Of a stretch of 64,000 nt of DNA, positions 11,705 through 22,982 are shown piece after piece. The notes beneath the pieces were generated by a model. The model searched no databases. It was not told the origin of the DNA and was given only the letters and a program-made list of their open reading frames with translations. This DNA is from Dudresnaya verticillata. Its lineage: Eukaryota. The stretch lies in NCBI GenBank assembly GCA_977862235.1, contig OZ374557.1, forward strand, positions 3,720,001 through 3,784,000. Direction: 5' to 3'. Position numbers and translations under genes: made by a program. Numbering within the stretch: the first letter of the stretch is position 1; each line of letters begins with the position of its first letter.

Positions 11705-14700
11705 GCTTGAATACTTTGTGCTTGGATTGGAAGACGTAAGACGCTTGAATGAGAGAAAATTGGTAAATGTGGAGCAAGGACGAGCGTGTGTGTGTTGAGT
11801 ACACTGTACTTGGGGGAAGCGTTGCGACGGAAGGCTTGCGGTGAAATTGTCAAGATGATGAGATATTGGTAGAAGGTCGTTGTGGTTGCTGTTAGGATTG
11901 TGTTTGTGAGGTTCGATGCCTCTTCTCCCCTTACCCTGGCGGGGCTTTTATAATGAAGTGCTGATCTATATCGCACGCGGGTTTGTTTACCAACTGTCGT
12001 AGTCGTTGTTGGAGCCCTGTTGGATTGCCGCTGCTTGGATTGTAGAAGGAAGACATAGAAGCGTCGGAACGAGACTGTTTCAGATACCTTGCTCGCTAGA
12101 ATAGGGGGCTCGGTTGTTCGTTGCTATTCCGATGACGTAAAGATTAGTGCCAGTACCGTGGCGGTGATAATGATGATTCTTCTTCTCGGACACACGAGGG
12201 CGGGAGAATCGCATTGAGCAACAAGCCCTGGTCGGGGTCCGCTCTCTTCGAAGCACTCACATATAGCAAACGTGTATTTCGGCGGCAATGCTTGGGCTTG
12301 CGGTTCTGAGAGCCACTTATTGCGCAAGGCTCAGCGAGCGGTGGCTTAGAGGGCTCGCTGCAGCCTGTCGACCCAGGGCACATACATATATAATATATAT
12401 CAGAATGTTTGTAGTAGACCACCTTTGGAACAGTGGATGATGCAGTATTGTAGGTAGGGAAGTGTGTGGGAACGCGTCTGTGTCTCAATAATGAGATTTT
12501 GTTCAGCTTCACTGTCCGGCGTCCAGGGCGATACGTGACATTCAATGCGGTCGCAGTCACGTCCTACTTTCTTGTGGGCGTGGCTTCTCTTGAGAAGACC
12601 AGCCTGTTTCAATTCTTTTTGAGTCAACCAGAAAGGCCGAAGTTGTGATCACGTTTCCTGGCTGTAAACTTGACAGAGTCTCACATCTTCTCTATGGTCG
12701 CGTGACCTTGAGAGTCAAGCTCGGGTCCGACAGGCTCCATACAGTTGCATGCGCACAAAATAACATGCGGCGCAGCTTTCGCAGAATACATAGCAGAAGC
12801 GGCAGAATGCGAAAAAGAGATTGTCCCCATTAAGTCCTTTGCTCGAGCTCGAGTTTCCCACGAGAGGTTTTTCAGATCAACTTCTCGGCACGAAACAAAT
12901 TCTATTGGTGGGCCGTCCGGTGGGACGGTCAGGCCAACCAACTGGAATTAAGATACGATGGGCGCCCGGTGGGCGCCCAGGCGGATGGCAGATTAACCTC
13001 AGCCTTTAGATGCGATATGTGTAAAAAAAAGGGAGAGACGCAACAGGAAGAGGTAGACCCTTGAAAGAGAAAGGTGTTCAAACCAGACCAGAACCTCTGC
13101 AGCAGTTGCAGTAGTTGACCTCACCAGGCGTGACCAGGCTTGCCAGCAATGAGCAACCGAGGAGCGATTACTGGACAATTGCCTTTAAAAGGAAACGTTA
13201 ATCAGACTAAAGTGACAAACCAGCAGCTCGCAACGCACAGAAATAATACCTGTCTGACTGGGCGCCTATCCTACCTTGCCTGGTTTTTATTCTGGTCCTT
13301 CCGTAGGGCGCGTGGTCACGTCGGCCCTCGAGAGGACCCTCAAGCGGAATCGCAAAAATGACGTAGACAAAAAGGTCAATGGACTCGCACTCTTTGTGAG
13401 CAATGGATGTGTTTCTGTTTCCGCTAACACCGAAGGGGCTCACTCGAGCCTGAACCCCCTCCGTAGCGTGAGGCCCTGCTGGCAACGCCCATAGTAATAG
13501 TATATCTGGGAATGGAGGGAGGGTGTCCATAGAGGGCGGTGTTTTCACTCTTCATGACTTCACGAACAGTCTTCCCCAAGATCAAATATCGTCAGTGCTG
13601 GGTGTTGTGAGAGTCTAGGCTTCGGCTCCGGTTCTACTGTGAATCTGTGAATCTATCTATTCACAACACCTAGAGCGGACTCAGAATAGCATTATTTCAA
13701 AATACCAGAGTGAGAATGTCACTATCTTTAACGGTAAGAGAAACATCTCACTCTCTTCAAGCATCTGGTTTTAGAGTAGTGTCGCCCAGCACGCGCTAAG
13801 CCGCATTGCTAGACTCCAATATCTGCCAATCTGCAAAGTTGTTGGCAAAGCCAACACGTACCATACAGAACAGGAAATCTATTGAGGGACGAGACGCCAT
13901 GAGCGTACTTGTTGACATCAGCACCCTCATGCATGCATGAGATGCGCTACGTAGGGCTAATCGATGCTGATGGAGCAAGGGGAATTCAAACGAGTGCTTC
14001 ACAGAACGGCCTCCCTTTCGATGGACTATGTAATGCCGCGAACAATCCCCCTACAGCTTGTGGTTCGCATATGCTGCTGATAACTGCAAATACGTGCAAG
14101 TGTTTGTGCTGAAATCGTTCGACGCCCAGTGCCGTTGTCGGGTTCTGCCGCACCTTTTGAAACCGCAATTGTGCAAAGTGGCAACAGTGTCGCAAAAAGG
14201 CATTTTCGAGAGTCAAAGGGGAAATGCCGAGCACAATATGCTCGACTCTGATTAACTCTGTTCCCAATTGCGGGCTGACGTTCAGGTGGTCTAGGTCCGA
14301 ACAATGAACTAGTCCGTATCATTGCTCTGTGCTGTTGCGTGGCAGTGGGCTTCGAAATAGGTTGGTAGCCGCCTTTTGATGATAAGCTCCAAGGCTCTGT
14401 GCCAGCGGTTCTATACCTGTCCTACAAGTCTTCTGCTCAACTTAGAGCAGCTCAAGGAATCAATCGCGATAAACAAAAATAACTATCGGGCGATTACGAG
14501 GTTTGCCATTCTCCATTCTTCATGCCTCTTTTGCATGCGGTATGCCGGATTTCTTGCTCCTTGAGGTCCTAAGCCGAGTGAGTCGCAGCAGTTCACGCCC
14601 CGGATAACAACTCAAAGAGTGTTTCCTTTAGACATTAGACCGGCTTGAGACTGCTTCTGTTTCGACAGCTGCGGACGATGAGCAAACTCGCTATGCAAGG

Positions 14701-14978
14701 CGGTTATCGATTTCCGCCTTGCCCCCTTATCAGCCATCTCAACAGTCATACAATTCGGCGTTTATTAATCATTGCCTTCAGTTATAGTCAACAAAGCGTA
14801 AGTGGATATTTAACAGTTAGGCCCCAGAATGATTGTGTACTTAAACCATATATCCGCACCGAAACTTGTCGACTCCATCGATCATCATGAAAACGAGTAG
14901 ACGGGATGCCGTACATGCGCGAAAAACAGATTACGAGTATCGTGTTCAAGCTCGCGCCTCCTGCGGACATTGACGCAG

Positions 14979-15326
14979 TTAGCATAGAAATTGGAATGCG
15001 CGAGAGACTCCTTCGCAAGCCCAGAATAAAATGCCGTGCCCGGTTTGCTCCACTATAGCCGTGTTGCCCTCCTTCCACAGTGTTTTAGCTCCTTTCTTTG
15101 CCTTCTCCTTGTCCTTATTGACGGCTCCATTCACAAATCGTTTGGCAGCCAGACCAACTTTAGCTGCAATCCAGCCTTCGCCTGCAGTGACCGTACCGGT
15201 ACCCAAAGCGGCAGTGAATGATGACCATGACGCAAATGCAGATATACCACCATCCAGTGGTGCTAGGACGAGACTGACAAGGGACGCTGCAGCCAGTCCA
15301 GCGATATATCCCCAACGTTTACCCAT
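14979..15326 (-). CDS. 115-aa Gly/Ala-rich protein, copy 5
   Basis: Identical translation to 491-838. Confidence 0.6.
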   Translation of the reverse strand: MGKRWGYIAGLAAASLVSLVLAPLDGGISAFASWSSFTAALGTGTVTAGEGWIAAKVGLAAKRFVNGAVNKDKEKAKKGAKTLWKEGNTAIVEQTGHGILFWACEGVSRAFQFLC

Positions 15327-16005
15327 GCTTGAATACTTTGTGCTTGGATTGGAAGACGTAAGACGCTTGAATGAGAGAAAATTGGTAAATGTGGAGCAAG
15401 GACGAGCGTGTGTGTGTTGAGTACACTGTACTTGGGGGAAGCGTTGCGACGGAAGGCTTGCGGTGAAATTGTCAAGATGATGAGATATTGGTAGAAGGTC
15501 GTTGTGGTTGCTGTTAGGATTGTGTTTGTGAGGTTCGATGCCTCTTCTCCCCTTACCCTGGCGGGGCTTTTATAATGAAGTGCTGATCTATATCGCACGC
15601 GGGTTTGTTTACCAACTGTCGTAGTCGTTGTTGGAGCCCTGTTGGATTGCCGCTGCTTGGATTGTAGAAGGAAGACATAGAAGCGTCGGAACGAGACTGT
15701 TTCAGATACCTTGCTCGCTAGAATAGGGGGCTCGGTTGTTCGTTGCTATTCCGATGACGTAAAGATTAGTGCCAGTACCGTGGCGGTGATAATGATGATT
15801 CTTCTTCTCGGACACACGAGGGCGGGAGAATCGCATTGAGCAACAAGCCCTGGTCGGGGTCCGCTCTCTTCGAAGCACTCACATATAGCAAACGTGTATT
15901 TCGGCGGCAATGCTTGGGCTTGCGGTTCTGAGAGCCACTTATTGCGCAAGGCTCAGCGAGCGGTGGCTTAGAGGGCTCGCTGCAGCCTGTCGACCCAGGG
16001 CACAT

Positions 16006-16302
16006 GCCCGCCCGCGGAGGCGGACGGGTGGTGCAGTGGTTCACCTCTGCGCCGTTGATTCCGGGAAACCGAGTTCGATTCCCGCCAGGTCCCATGGTTC
16101 TACATTTTTCTCAAGGATTTTTCCCCACCGGGGCTGTTTGCCCATTCTTCTCATGGAGCCGGCTGGACTGCCTCCAGATTACGGGTGTAGGTCCGTCTAG
16201 TGTACCATACAGTAGATATCTGGTTGGGAGGGCGTGTGCCTGCAAATGGGCCCTAGCCGCCCGCACAACCGCGCACGATAAAGATTCAATAAAGTACAAC
16301 AT
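16006..16302 (+). mobile_element. tRNA-derived SINE (about 297 bp)
   Basis: Absent from the homologous site in the tandem units (empty site ggcacatacat at 1511-1521). Pol III A box TGGTGCAGTGG (16029-16039), B box GAGTTCGATTCCC (16071-16083), tRNA-like head ending GGTCCCA, AATAAA at 16288, flanked by CACAT (16001-16005 and 16303-16307). Confidence 0.85.
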
Positions 16303-16724
16303 CACATACATTATATCAGAATGTTTGTAGTAGACCACCTTTGGAATGGTGGATGATGCCGTATTGTAGGTAGGGAAGTGTGTGGGAACGCATCTGTGTC
16401 TCAATAATGAGATTTTGTTCAGCTTCACTGTCCGGCGTCCAGGGCGATACGTGACATTCAATGCGGTCGTAGTCACGTCCTACTTTCTTGTGGGCGTGGC
16501 TTCTCTTGAGAAGACCAGCCTGTTTCAATTCTTTTTGTGTCAACCAGAAGGACCGAAGTTGTGATCAGGTTTCCTTGCTGTAAACTTGACAGAGTCTCAC
16601 ATCTTCTCTATGGTCGCGTGACCTTGAGAGTCAAGCTCGGGTCCGACAGGCGCCATACAGTTGTATGCGCACAAAATAACATGCGGCGCAGCTTTCGCAG
16701 AATACATAGCAGAAGCGGCAGAAT
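16303..16724. repeat. Diverged copy of unit positions 1513-1942
   Basis: Alignable with about a dozen substitutions (e.g. aacagtgg/aatggtgg, gcagta/gccgta). Homology stops after ...gcggcagaat. Confidence 0.9.
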
Positions 16725-16902
16725 ATGCCGCTGTGGCTCCCCCCAGAACGGTAACACGAGTATTGAACTTTCTGATTCCTAGACGGAAGCCCTCGAACTG
16801 CTCTGGTTCTAAGTCGTGCTTCGTTGCTGGCCTGTGAGGATATTGCATGGGCACTCTAACAATATGCTTGGAAATGTGCCCGTGTAGTTCGCGTAGGACC
16901 AC
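16316..16902 (-). pseudogene. Decayed coding sequence of unknown function
   Basis: Protein-like frames VVLRELHGHISKHIVRVPMQYPH...GHATIEKM* and TQKELKQAGLLKRSH...GGLLQTF*, broken by a stop and a frameshift. No recognisable domain. Confidence 0.3.
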
Positions 16903-16920
16903 CTTAAAGAAACCGTTAAA

Positions 16921-16962
16921 ATTGAATCATCACTGCAACAATTGTTGCAGTGATGATTCAAT
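16921..16962. repeat. Perfect 42-bp palindrome with no spacer
   Basis: attgaatcatcactgcaacaa|ttgttgcagtgatgattcaat is its own reverse complement. Confidence 0.95.
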
Positions 16963-18139
16963 ATTAATATCCAAATGGAAACAATATTACAAGTTTTGGG
17001 AACACATAAAGGTGTTGAGGGATTGCATACCCAAGCTTCTTGCGGAAATGACTAGACTGTACAGGCTTTGAATACAAGGATCTGGAATATGAAAGCGATG
17101 CCAAGCTCGAGAATGTCAGCGAGGACTTATTGATACCTGGGAAGAGTCAGGTTTTGCATCATATGCTGAAGAAGTGGCGCCCTGCTCTTCTCCGCAAGGC
17201 GATCCCTTCTGGAGGTTCTTTCGCTTCTGACCGGCAGAAAGATCTCGATGCTTGTCGCCTTACAGTTCTCAAGTTGACGGTAATGTAATGTCTAGCCCCT
17301 CTCATTCGCCATTCGAGTTCACTGTGTTTATTGCTCCTACAGTGAACCCCCGTTGTAAGCATGCTAGTTGGGAGAAAGGTTCTTTATGCTTTTATGGGGG
17401 GTGTACAATTGCCGAGGGCTAGACAGCAACTTTTCTATTTCCTCGAAAAGTAGTCTTAAGATCCTTGTTTGCTTCATAGAAGCAACTTTCTCCACTCTTA
17501 GAGAGCGTTGGCACTTGTAAAAAGCCTTTCGGCCAGCGTCACAGAGGCTACCATTCTTTTCGAGGATGGACCGAGCCTGAGCACCGTTTGAGTTGGGCTG
17601 TTGAACAGCTTGTGTGAAACAAGCGAGGGTGTTCAACTGTTTAAAATTTTGCAATTATGCATTTTGGCGTACTAACGGGCCACATATTAATCAAACATTA
17701 AGGTTTGTCCTCGGATCTGTATGCATTATGCGGGTATGCAGGGTGCATACTTATATGGCTCAAAATCGCATGTTTTTTGGTAGTGGAATGGTTCAGTATG
17801 CATATAGCGCGGTTATGCATATTGTGCAGGGTGCTTACAGCGGGGTTTCACTGCACTTCAATTCGACCGTTCTCCTGCATTCCTTAAGGACACCTCCGAG
17901 GGCTATGGTTGCTCTGAGTTTGGGCGCGCCACTGTTCTCTGCACCCTCTGTGGGCTTTGCCGCTCGGCTTAGTTTTCGCTCTCCACGCATTCTGAACACC
18001 TGTTACCATCATGCTTCTACATGCCCATGTGCTGAATGCAGTACGAAACGCCATAACGCCTTTCGTGACCGCCTTTATCGCGAACTCAATATCTTTGCAG
18101 AGGCCACATGAATGCTTTACACAACTGGTACACGCCAGC

Positions 18140-19726
18140 TCAATACGTTTGCGCTCCGGACTCTGCAGATTCGCGGTGAAATCGCCTTCGATGCTTCCCA
18201 AGCGATGATGACTGTGTAAAACAGCTCGAGCATTGGTCACAAACCCATGGCTTCCTTTTCTCGTGGACTGCAGACCGATGTGCCTCTCTGGTAGAAGAAT
18301 CAGCAAACGACTTCTCACAAGAGGCACAAGGAAAGTCTCGAACCATCATATGAACTGTTTTGAAGTGGCGTTCCATGACATGTCGTCGCACGAAACTTTG
18401 GGTACAGGAATGCATAAAGCAAAGAAAACGACCCTCACTTGTCCTGGCAGCAACCTTGTCCCCTTTGTGCTTCAGAAACTCGTGTACCCGCAATTCTAAT
18501 TCGGTTTCGAAACCTACACCACAGGACGAGCAATACAAGTCCGGCGGCGGACGCAAATCAACTACCTCTTGTTCTCTTCCAGTCCTGGACATTTGTCCAT
18601 CATTCGACTCGCGAAACTCAGCTTTGACATCTTCTCCATCCATACTGGGCCGCCTGTTGCTAGGAGCCTTGGTCCGTCGCTCCGCCACCTTCGTCTGGTC
18701 CAAAATACTGGGTGAAACTGAGATTCCCAACCGCTGCGAGCCATCAGCTGGACCGACACGGGCAACAGCGTGGTTCTCTCTCTGTAAAAGGCGTCCCTGC
18801 GGCGTTGTCGTGGAACCGCCAGTATCTGGGATCTGAGCAGTGCCTACCACATTCTGAGCATTGCCTACCACGTTATGAGCAGTGCCTACCACATTCTGAG
18901 CAGTGCCTACCACAGGGCGAGAAGATCCAAGAGGCGGTGCTCCAGCCAGTGTTGTATTTGTAGTCCAACGGGATGTGCTTGGCTTAGCGGAGTTGCGAGG
19001 ATGGTCGGTAGGAGTCAGGCAGGTATTTGGCTGGCGAATTTGGTCGGAGGACAACATAGGTTGGGGCTGCGCAGATCTCAGCGACCCGGATGCCGACGGT
19101 GTACATCCTTGGGGCTGCGAAGCCGGAATATATACTTGTCGGGCTGGCAACAGGGGCAGCGATGGCTTCAGAACAGATGGGGCGACAATTTGACGGGATG
19201 CGACTGGATGCACATGTGAGTTGTGTTTGTGTGTGTGGTGGTGAGAATCATGAATATGGTTTGTGCGGTGGTGAGAACCATGAATATGGTTTGTGCGGTG
19301 GTGAGAATCATGAATACGGTTTGTGTGATGGTGGCAATGGTGCTGGTTGCGCACCGATCTCACGTCTGGGGACGGTGGAATAGGGCAACTTTCCTCGCCC
19401 TCGTTGTGCGCACGGATATGATCGTTGCAGAGCGAATTGGTGGAGCAGCAAGACGAAGCACAGAGGCGGCATGGGGGGGACAATACGGCACGCTTTGCAC
19501 CCGGTGTCTCGGAAGAGACTTTCGACGAGCGTGGGCGTTTGGATTGAGCCAGTTCGAGGGTCACGGATAGCCGTGCAGCATCTTGGAGATGCTCAACTAG
19601 CACTCGGTCGACAGAATACCCAACGTGGCGCATCATGGACTTTACCCGCGAAAGAGCGGACAGCACGTCACGGTCCCGGTCCACCGGGTATGCACAAGTC
19701 AAACACTGGCTGTTTTGCGGCTGCAT
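18140..19726 (-). CDS. C2H2 zinc-finger protein (4 C-terminal fingers), about 528 aa, probable transcription factor
   Basis: Fingers CSSC..HEFLKH, CFMHSC..HFKTVH, CASCEKSF..HRSAVH and CDQCSSCF..HRRRFH, with a KRKPW linker. First ATG (MQPQNSQ) is at 19726; the ORF-track start at 19858 is a GTG upstream of a poly-G tract. Confidence 0.88.
   Translation of the reverse strand: MQPQNSQCLTCAYPVDRDRDVLSALSRVKSMMRHVGYSVDRVLVEHLQDAARLSVTLELAQSKRPRSSKVSSETPGAKRAVLSPPCRLCASSCCSTNSLCNDHIRAHNEGEESCPIPPSPDVRSVRNQHHCHHHTNRIHDSHHRTNHIHGSHHRTNHIHDSHHHTHKHNSHVHPVASRQIVAPSVLKPSLPLLPARQVYIPASQPQGCTPSASGSLRSAQPQPMLSSDQIRQPNTCLTPTDHPRNSAKPSTSRWTTNTTLAGAPPLGSSRPVVGTAQNVVGTAHNVVGNAQNVVGTAQIPDTGGSTTTPQGRLLQRENHAVARVGPADGSQRLGISVSPSILDQTKVAERRTKAPSNRRPSMDGEDVKAEFRESNDGQMSRTGREQEVVDLRPPPDLYCSSCGVGFETELELRVHEFLKHKGDKVAARTSEGRFLCFMHSCTQSFVRRHVMERHFKTVHMMVRDFPCASCEKSFADSSTREAHRSAVHEKRKPWVCDQCSSCFTQSSSLGKHRRRFHRESAESGAQTY
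18834..18913 (-). repeat. 21-bp in-frame tandem repeat (VVGTAQN, about 4 copies) in the zinc-finger gene
   Basis: Repeated tgagcagtgcctaccacattc units. Confidence 0.85.
19234..19330 (-). repeat. 30-bp in-frame His-rich tandem repeat (HHRTNHIHDS, about 3 copies)
   Basis: Repeated ggtggtgagaatcatgaatatggtttgtgc units. Confidence 0.85.
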
Positions 19727-20372
19727 CTTCCCATGCACTCGTCTCGTTAGGTTGAATAGGCCGATGGGACAACACCGAGATGGTTTGTGGAGATGGGGGG
19801 GGGGGGGGGGAGGGGGGGGAGTGGGGGAGTGGGACTGCCACGGTACGGCGCTCGGCACTCGGCGCGAGAAGAAAGAAGGGCGGTGGGTTTTTGGGCCGTT
19901 GTCGACAGTCTGACTTGCGCCGGCCCTCCCGCCCGCACTAATTTAACCCTCTCGGAGAAATGTAGAAAAATGCTGATTTTGTTGCAGTGTAATGCAAACG
20001 GGCGCTACGGTCTGGCCGCGCGGATACCGGCCGCGCGCAGTAATACGGTCCCTGTGTCATCGGGGTGGGTAAATGCGGGTCAATGCCCTAACGTAGGTCA
20101 GATTTTTCATTATTTTCAAGCATAACCGCTACCATGACGAGCCGGTTCCTAGCAAACATGCCGGGATCTCCCAAACGGTCCAGAAACGGCGATATATGAG
20201 CGTGCCAATCGCTTTCTCGCGGCAAAATGCTGTCCGGAACAGTCACCGGATGACCGCTTCCCTTTCACCCAGCATTTTGCTCGCAGCATTGAGCGCCGCA
20301 GGGCATCGCAAGCACTTTTTGTAGCCTGGGCTACGATCCGGACACTCGAAGGAGCTAACGCACACGCCCACT

Positions 20373-21079
20373 ATGCAGAAACCTGGCGAGCCCTACGCCA
20401 CCGTGCCCCCGCACCTACGCGGCGCATTTTTGGCTGTTACCAACAACAGCATGCCGACGAGAAAAGCTGCCCGAGTCTTTGCTGTACCATACAGCACACT
20501 TCAGCGCTACGTCAAGATTTCATCACAGCTACTGGGCCCTACAATTCGAATGGCAGGCCATCCTCGTCCTGCTGCCCTCACAAAGAGCGAAGAGCGAAGA
20601 AAAAATAATTGCGGACTCTGCTCTAGAGTTTGCTCGAAACGGGACTCCGCTATCGTGTGATTGTCTCAAAGATATTGTTCAAGTCTACATGCGTCGTCTT
20701 CCAGTCTCTCGAAGAAGAGTAATTCCATTCCGGGACAACAGACCTGGAGATGCTTACATTGCATCCTTCTTAAATCGACAGCCAATTCTCAGTCTCAAAC
20801 GTTGTACGGCACTGGAGCATTCTAGAGCAATCGCAATGAGCTCTGCCAACATGGCAAAGCACTTCGCAAGAGTCCTTCATGTTTACAAAAAGTATGACAT
20901 AACAAGCCCCGAGTAGATCTTCAACCTAGACGAGAGTGGTTTTTCAACACGTACGGCAGCTCTTTCAAGAGCCAAACCTGCTATTGAGTCACAAGGGCGC
21001 TAAAATGCTATGGAACTGAAGTGGGCCAGTAATGCAGAGCACGTTACGGTAATGCCTGTGGTTTCGGCTGACGTTACAG
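20373..21079 (+). pseudogene. pogo/Fot1-like (Tc1/mariner superfamily) DDE transposase, 5' fragment, truncated by an LTR insertion
   Basis: Psq-type HTH (MPTRKAARVFAVPYSTLQRY), CENP-B-type HTH (LTKSEEKIIAD...GTPLS...PGDAYIASFLNR), then *IFNLDESGF and HVTVMPVVSAD of the DDE_1 domain. One frameshift and in-frame stops. Confidence 0.85.
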
Positions 21080-21754
21080 TGTGGTGTAGTGAAAACGCAC
21101 TAACTCCGAGACGGGCAGCTGGCTTGACTTTCCTTAACGGACGAGAGAAACACTACCTCCACGGGGTGGTAGAGCAGTCCGCACCGAGATGGGAGAACAG
21201 CGAGCGGCTAACCGAGACGGATATTGGGAAGCAACAGACAAGGGGGTGGTATAAGTGCCGGGACGGACTCCGTAACGGTGGTGGTGGTAGACCCCGACGG
21301 GCTCGGCGCGGGGAAAACCATAAAGGACTGGGCTAAGGTTGCTTACCCGTTTACCTTAGGAGCCGCTGCGGTGCCGCCCTGATATACAAGTCAGGGTGGC
21401 ACCGAGCGGTCCGGTCCGTGGGGGCCAGACCCTAGTGGTCTGGACCCATGGTGGAATCGGCCCTGCTGGTCCCAATCTCCGACACGGACATGCGCAGCAT
21501 TCTCATTGGCTGGCGCACTACTCTACACACTGAACAGATACTCACTAAAAATAAAGAATAAATACTACAAATACTCCGCTACGGTTGATGCGCTACATTG
21601 CTGTAAAGCAATGCATACCAGCGTACAGCAATGCGCACAACATCCGACACGGTTACACGTTGCCCGATCATCAGCGTGGCATATTGCCACAACATCTGTT
21701 ACGGTTGGTTCGCCGTGGGCATGCCGCATGCACGCCACGGCTCACTTCACTACA
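21080..21754 (-). repeat. 3' LTR of family A
   Basis: TG...CA ends, homologous to 45737-46411, adjacent to polypurine tract (minus strand ttaaggagggggggtc). Confidence 0.92.
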
Positions 21755-21795
21755 GACCCCCCCTCCTTAAATGGCTCCACGTCCTCGGGCGCCCA

Positions 21796-22438
21796 TGTAG
21801 TAGTATGGCCCGTCAAGGCAGAAACCCGCCAACCGGCAAGGACAGCTGTCCTGACGGTGCAAAACACACTAGCTTGGGTAGCTCGGGAAAAGGTTGGTAG
21901 AGACTTTGAAAGGCACAGAGCCTAAGGGAAAGGGGGAAAAGGGGCGGCGCCACCCAGCTAGCACAGCGCAACCGTCGTGCGGAGGCAAGTCTCGTAAAGC
22001 ACCTGAAAGGGAGGTTACGGTGAGTCCGTGAATTCCAGAAAAAGGGTAAAGACCCGAAACCCACCGTGGGTTCTATTCAGGAGGCCCCTGCTACTCAGGG
22101 GCCTATTAAGTGTACAGAGCCGAAAATGTTCTTACCTCCTATGAGCTATTCTAAGCTATTCTAACTGTCATTATTAATCTAATTATACTGTTGTCAGTTA
22201 TAAATACGGATTAGTGGTAGTACCGCGTCGGGCCGCGTGAGCGGCCACAATTAATTACCCAATGGCAATTTGCCATCAGATTTGGTGCCAGCAGGGACGC
22301 CAGCGAGGCGCATCGCCCTTACAGCGCACGGTGCTTGTGCGCGCCTTACAGCTTGATGCGCGTGGGCGTCTTACACCTTGATGCGCACAAAATGACTTAC
22401 AGTGCGCCAGCACTCCTGATGCGGCTCATTCTTCCACA
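21796..22438 (-). repeat. 3' LTR of element B
   Basis: Direct repeat of 34496-35138; adjacent to the PPT. Confidence 0.96.
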
Positions 22439-22982
22439 CGGCCCCCTTGTTAAGGCTGAGAGACCCGCAAAGCCAGCAAGGCTGTTTCTATTGGCCCCGT
22501 CTTGGGCGAGCTTGAAATCCCAGTGGGGTATTGGGCCAACGGCGCACTTGTAACCGCCGCCACTGGCTGCCGTTGTGGAACCGTTCACAGTAGTGACAAA
22601 TCACTTGCTTCGCCGTCCCAGTCTCGACGGCGCCCGTCTCATAATTGCGACGAACTCTGTGCGCTTTCGCGCGGAAAGCCCCAAGCGGCTGCATACTTCA
22701 GCAACATCACAGCGGCTTCCGCTACCATTCCCGGGACACATCCGCACCTCGCTCCACCATCGTCAGCCGATCTTCCGCGCCTTGCGTCCGGCGTCCGGCG
22801 ACGCCATCTAGCTTTCGCTTCTTTCTTCCGTTGCGGAGGTCTGCGCGAGTTGCAGTAGCGGGACCCGCTGTACCCTGTCGCCACCCGTGCACCTCTTCCT
22901 ACGACCGGGCCGTCACGTGCGAAACACTCAAGAATAGCCCCTGTGGCTGGATAGAAGACCTGTTCACCCCGTGGAAGTCACG

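Larger units (their letters stand above)
1..16005. repeat. Tandem array of a 3622-bp unit (4 full copies plus a partial fifth; left end beyond window)
   Basis: Sequence and every ORF in the track recur at exactly +3622 (e.g. 157, 3779, 7401, 11023, 14645). No differences between copies seen by eye. Identity ends at the SINE insertion after 16005. Confidence 0.97.

Noticed and set aside
1..16005. rDNA, 5S, histone cluster or CRISPR array
   Set aside because: No rRNA or histone signatures and no short repeat-spacer structure.
16022..16094. Functional tRNA gene
   Set aside because: A and B boxes are present, but the acceptor and anticodon stems pair poorly and the sequence is part of an insertion with a TSD, so it is read as a SINE head.
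17614..18111. 165-aa plus-strand ORF
   Set aside because: GTG start, no domain, and it overlaps the presumed 3' UTR of the zinc-finger gene.
19727..19858. Poly-proline N-terminal extension of the zinc-finger protein
   Set aside because: It depends on a GTG start and a poly-G homopolymer; more likely 5' UTR.
20040..20100. Terminal inverted repeat of the pogo-like element
   Set aside because: The partner end is not in the window, so a TIR cannot be defined.
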